From positions 1-59,270 of the forward strand of contig CBFFSA010000047.1 in NCBI GenBank assembly GCA_965644495.1: a stretch of 59,270 bases of DNA. Direction: 5' to 3'. Origin of the DNA: Perkinsela sp. CCAP 1560/9 (lineage: Eukaryota; Protista; Euglenozoa: Kinetoplastea). Under the pieces are notes generated by a model, which saw only the letters and a list, made by a program, of their open reading frames with translations, made no database searches and was not told where the DNA came from. How positions within the stretch are numbered: position 1 is the first letter of the stretch; each line of letters opens with the position of its first letter. The translations under genes and the position numbers were made by a program. Shown here piece after piece: positions 54,851 through 59,270 of the stretch.

Positions 54851-57637
54851 CTATAACTTTTTTTTCTCGACATGAAGCAAAGGGGCAAGCATTGAGAATT
54901 GAACGCCAGGCGAACTGCCAACGCCATCCATAGAGTACTCCCCACTGTTCGCGTCTTTGACAGAGGTACATTGACGGAGCGAGTCAAGCGTCGTCGGTTT
55001 CCAGCCCCTTTCCATTTTCATATCACTGTCAGTACCTATTTGAGTAGAAATAGAATTCTCCGCGTTCCTCCCTTCTTTTTTTGTTTTCCCAACATCGGTC
55101 ATTAAGATTACAGAGCTTTCTTGTTTCGTTTTTAATATCCCAGAATGTGACGGTTCATGAAAATCCCATTTACATGTAGCGTTAGACTCATGTGGCTGCA
55201 CCCATTCATTTGTTGTCTCTTTTTGACCACCTGAATCAAAGAAGTCAGAATTTAATGGAGAACTTGTCTGGACTTCATTCTCCGTCGTCCTTTTGAGAGG
55301 CTCAAAATCCTTTTTTATGACTTCCATAAAATTACATTCGGCTGGAAACATCACTTCACCGACAATATCGTCCAAGTCCTTTTCAATTTCCGCAGAGAAC
55401 GAATCTGAATCCGCACCAGATTCTTCTCTCTCCTCTATTTCCGTTTCTTTTTCCGAATTTTCAGATTTCGTTCCCAATTTTTCTTTCTCAAATTCTTCTT
55501 CTCCCTTGTCTTCTTCCTCGAAGACGCGACTAAATGATCGAACGAGCTGTGTCAGCTGGAATTCACTCCGTGTGTTATGGACTCCATCGCTTAACATTTC
55601 AGAGGCTTTAGGACTTGCCAATGCATTGCTGAGCCAATCCTGAGAAAGGGCTTCGGTTGTTTGTGAAATCTCAGGCGTTTCCAACAATGTTGGAGATGAA
55701 ATTGCTTCAGGTATTTTCTGTGCAAATGTTGATTTTGATCTCGACTTGGAAATATTCGTAACCACAGATTTTTTCTTTTGAACGATTTTCACCTCTTCTC
55801 GTGACGACGCGCTTATTTGTTTCCTGACTTCATAGGGCTCGTCTTGCATTTTACTGATGCGGAGTTCCTTTTGACGCACACTCATTTCATTTTCATCCCA
55901 CCTTTTCCGATAATGTAATCCCAATTCTTCGCGATAGCACCATAGGAATCGCCAGTACATTTGAAACACATGATCGACTTCCTTTAGACCTTGAAAATGG
56001 GGCGATTTCAGCGAATAGACACGCAAACGATCTTCCATGCCTTGAATCGATTTGTTTTTGCATCCAATTTCATTCGCATCCAGCGCAAAGCCAAGCTCGA
56101 ACGGAAGATAAAACAACCGAGGTAATTCGTGAAGCAGAATGTCCTTCCGTGTTTGTTGCGCACAAAAGGTTTTAAACGAGGTAAAGGAACTTCGGGTTAA
56201 CGTACTCTGAGCCTCTTTAAAGGTAAAACCCGTCACAGGCTTTCCACTACAAATACGGGAATGCCATAAATCATATCTTTTTTCACAGCAAACGTTAAAA
56301 TGGTGTTGGGCTAAGGTACGAAATGTTGGGGTAAAGATACCAGAGGTGCGCTTTGTCTTCGTTTCTCCGATAAGAAGTGGAGCCAAAAGCAGAAACGCTT
56401 GAAATAAGGATCGGCAGAGGTTGGGGGTGGTCGATATATTTTTTATGTGACTCGGGCTGGTAGGGTCGCCATCTAAACTTTTTTGAGTATCTTTGGGAAA
56501 AAGGCAAAGGGCGTTACTTAGGGCGTCTAGAATCCCGCGTAAAAAGATTGATAAAAGTTTATCCATCGTAAAATCTTTTGTGTTTTTTGAAGGGGTGGAT
56601 TGAACTTCGGATTTCTCACTACGAAGACTCTGAATACACAGAAGACAAGCCGCGAGACTCGGGGAAATTGTGAAGGGCTGATCTTCTGCCTGGGAATCAA
56701 ATGACTCATCCATGGTACGCTTCCAAAGTGTTGTCGCTCGATCCATGAGTACCTGGTCTACTTCTTCTTTTACACAGATCGTAGCAAAAAGATGGCAAAT
56801 ACTTGATTCCATTTTCTTTATTTTTTGTTCCTCGGTCACAACTTTATCGTTCTCGCTGCCTTCGTCTCTAACGGACCAGCCTGTCGCTTTTCGAATAGCA
56901 TTCATATTTCGCTGCGCATTTTCAGATCCAAAAAGAATAAAAGGCCTAGCCGCCGACATGGAGAGAAGAGAGTAAAGTAACGCGTCCACATAGCGTTTCT
57001 TTTGAAGATAGCACACCGAGAGTTGATTGTACGCATGGCCCCAGGTGGGATTCAAATGGGTTGCACTTTGATAATATTCAATCGCATGTGACATTGTTTT
57101 GTGATCAAAGGCATAGCTCGCATGATCGTTAACTTGATATTTTTTATCCTCTTTGCGAGATTCAGTATTTACTTCCGTTCGTTCGGTGGCATTCAAATCA
57201 GTTAATTGTTTCGGAAGCTGAGCTTCATATCGCCATAAGTCTCCCAAATTCATTACGCATTGATAACGAAGATCGCGTGAAACGCTACCCAATTCTGGGA
57301 CTTCCGACCTTGCGAATTCAGAAAGCGCTACCTCAATGTCAACAAAAAAACAACGGGCATTTCCAAGTGCTTGTGCGTATACTATCGAGGGTACATTTTT
57401 TTGCATCTCCTTCAAAAGTTCGTACATCAATTTCCAGATCAAGGCGAGCCTTTTCTTCTTTAAAAGAGTGGCTGCAAATGTCTCGCATTCGGTACTTTTC
57501 AAGCCGTTTTGGACTTCTTTCGCCATAGAGGCAAGAAGGGAAGAATTGTACTCTTTTGTCATGTCTTTCTTGTTCAGACTTCCGCGGACGATATCCATCG
57601 GCTTCACCACATCAACCGCATCATCTGAGTCCTTCAT
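54851..57637 (-). CDS. EST1/SMG5-6-7 family (14-3-3-like TPR domain) protein
   Basis: LGDLWRYE, A.EYY..A..LNP..GHAYNQL, DALLYSLLSM.A.RPF...A..N. Confidence 0.85.
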   Translation of the reverse strand: MKDSDDAVDVVKPMDIVRGSLNKKDMTKEYNSSLLASMAKEVQNGLKSTECETFAATLLKKKRLALIWKLMYELLKEMQKNVPSIVYAQALGNARCFFVDIEVALSEFARSEVPELGSVSRDLRYQCVMNLGDLWRYEAQLPKQLTDLNATERTEVNTESRKEDKKYQVNDHASYAFDHKTMSHAIEYYQSATHLNPTWGHAYNQLSVCYLQKKRYVDALLYSLLSMSAARPFILFGSENAQRNMNAIRKATGWSVRDEGSENDKVVTEEQKIKKMESSICHLFATICVKEEVDQVLMDRATTLWKRTMDESFDSQAEDQPFTISPSLAACLLCIQSLRSEKSEVQSTPSKNTKDFTMDKLLSIFLRGILDALSNALCLFPKDTQKSLDGDPTSPSHIKNISTTPNLCRSLFQAFLLLAPLLIGETKTKRTSGIFTPTFRTLAQHHFNVCCEKRYDLWHSRICSGKPVTGFTFKEAQSTLTRSSFTSFKTFCAQQTRKDILLHELPRLFYLPFELGFALDANEIGCKNKSIQGMEDRLRVYSLKSPHFQGLKEVDHVFQMYWRFLWCYREELGLHYRKRWDENEMSVRQKELRISKMQDEPYEVRKQISASSREEVKIVQKKKSVVTNISKSRSKSTFAQKIPEAISSPTLLETPEISQTTEALSQDWLSNALASPKASEMLSDGVHNTRSEFQLTQLVRSFSRVFEEEDKGEEEFEKEKLGTKSENSEKETEIEEREESGADSDSFSAEIEKDLDDIVGEVMFPAECNFMEVIKKDFEPLKRTTENEVQTSSPLNSDFFDSGGQKETTNEWVQPHESNATCKWDFHEPSHSGILKTKQESSVILMTDVGKTKKEGRNAENSISTQIGTDSDMKMERGWKPTTLDSLRQCTSVKDANSGEYSMDGVGSSPGVQFSMLAPLLHVEKKKL

Positions 57638-58195
57638 TTTCTAATCGTTGAACGCGAGGACCAGAACAGCTTTTCCGGCACCAATTTGCGAAGCGAGTCG
57701 GATCTAAATGATGCGGTTCATAGATCCGAATAAATGCCAACGCTTCCTGAAAGTCAGATTACTTGTCGTGTTCGAAAGAACTGTACATGCGCCGAATTTC
57801 CTCCCATGATGGATTAAGAATGAGTTTCCGATTTATAAAATGAACATAAAATGCTGAATTTTACATGTAATTTTATTTCCGTGTGATCGCTAAAATATGA
57901 GGAAAGAGACAGCCTCTGATTGAATATCCGTAACATGAAATGAGGACATGAAATGAATCAACACGTTCTAAGGCTCACAGAGGCAATTACTGAGGCAAGT
58001 AAAACGGCAAGAAAATACATGTTTTTTCCTAATGCTACTCAAGACACACTGAAAAAATTAGAGTCACACAAGGGGCTGGAAAAATGCTGCCCATAAGTGT
58101 TTTGTGCACGAATTCTATCTATTTGTATTCTATTTGTCAAACTGTTTCCAAAAATCTTTTGCACGAAAACGTCGAGTTCCTTTCCAGTTTTAGTC

Positions 58196-58977
58196 TTAAA
58201 GCAAGAAAATTAAGTTGGACGTACGTATCGCTTCCACAACTAAATTATTCTTACCCAAGTTTAGATAAGTTAAGTTCCGTGGCAAGTTAAGTTCCACGCT
58301 TCCTTTCAATTGGTTGGAAGATAAATCCAGCTCCCTCAGCGACATTGCGATTTGTGAAACCGAGTCCTTAAATGGGGCACTCTGAGAAGAATTCAGTTTC
58401 CTTTTCTTGTTTGAATCCTGAAAATGTTCTCTCAGTAGAGTAGTATCAACTGAAATCCACGGATTTTCATGCAAGCCTTTATTCTTAAGCCTTTATTATT
58501 CTTAAGACGCAATAGTTCCAAATGATTTGGCACGTCGCTTATATGAAGCTTACCCGTAATTTCGTTAGAACTTAAATCTAGGATTCGAAGTGACGGAGGG
58601 AGTGCGGCAAACGTAGCTTGAAGGTTTCCGCTGATAAGATTGTGAGACAAATCTAACACACGGAGGCCAGTGGATAAGAAAGGCAAAGCTTTATCCGTCA
58701 CATTCAACTGATATCATTATGACAAAGAATGAGTTCTTGTAGTTCTCTCATATATACACAGGCAAGTTCCCCCAGTCATCGAATGAAATTTCCACTTTTC
58801 GTAAAGTTTCGGGAAAGACACTCCAATCAAAAGAAATTTCATGCTTGACGGTCGGAAATGAACGCGGCACCTTTTCAAAATTCCAATTAACTTCACGCAG
58901 CGCACACCCTTCCCAATGCAAAGTTTTGCTAAACAATTCATCAAATTCATGCGGGCGCTTTTCGATCGCGCTAGCAT
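58196..58977 (-). pseudogene. LRR-containing gene, frameshifted or interrupted
   Basis: LRVLDLSHNLISG, LRILDLSSNEITG and LRELDLSSNQLKG in different ORFs. Confidence 0.75.
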
Positions 58978-59028
58978 CTAAAAATTCTCCAAAATACGCA
59001 TTTAGACCTTGTTTCTGATCTGTTTCAT

Positions 59029-59270
59029 GTGCCGGTTCACATTGATATTAAAGAAGTACGCAAGCCAGAATTAAACGCAACCTTAGTGGCAATCAGTATT
59101 GCACAACAATTGGAGCGTCGAGTGATGTTTCGTCGTGCAATGAAACGTGCGGTGAGTAGTGCAATGCGCTTGGGTGCTGAGGGCATCAAAATTAATGTTG
59201 CTGGTCGTTTAGGTGGTGCTGAGATCGCGCGTAATGAATGGTACCGTGAAGGGCGTGTACCGTTACACAC
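59029..59270 (+). CDS. rpsC: Bacterial 30S ribosomal protein S3 fragment (gammaproteobacteria-like)
   Basis: [78 protein letters not shown]; not listed in the ORF track. Confidence 0.95.
   Translation, partial: MPVHIDIKEVRKPELNATLVAISIAQQLERRVMFRRAMKRAVSSAMRLGAEGIKINVAGRLGGAEIARNEWYREGRVPLH

Overview
Eukaryotic, intron-less DNA. Every recognisable host gene lies on the minus strand: TBC-TLDc protein, RPS17, PP2C, PQ-loop/MPDU1, EDRF1-like, EST1/SMG-like and about 13 small LRR genes or pseudogenes. The window also contains a kinetoplastid-type spliced-leader (SL) sequence, so it is most likely a polycistronic gene cluster from a kinetoplastid (Perkinsela-like is my inference). The first ~41 kb are dense in mobile DNA: Tc1/mariner, hAT, TA-flanked MITEs and a DIRS/VIPER-like RT relic. 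The standout system is a HERO/NeSL-like RT plus restriction-like-endonuclease retrotransposon (two copies). Its full-length copy begins with a complete 38-nt SL followed by a 13-nt anti-SL sequence, and it encodes three Mer3/HFM1-type zinc fingers. Structured non-coding partner elements share its SL, its 5' stem-loop and its 3' stem-loops, and three of the insertions interrupt LRR coding sequence. The last ~240 bp are bacterial rpsC, probably a chimeric contig end. All family assignments come from motif recognition by eye; no searches were run. Many frameshifts fall in homopolymers and may be sequencing errors.
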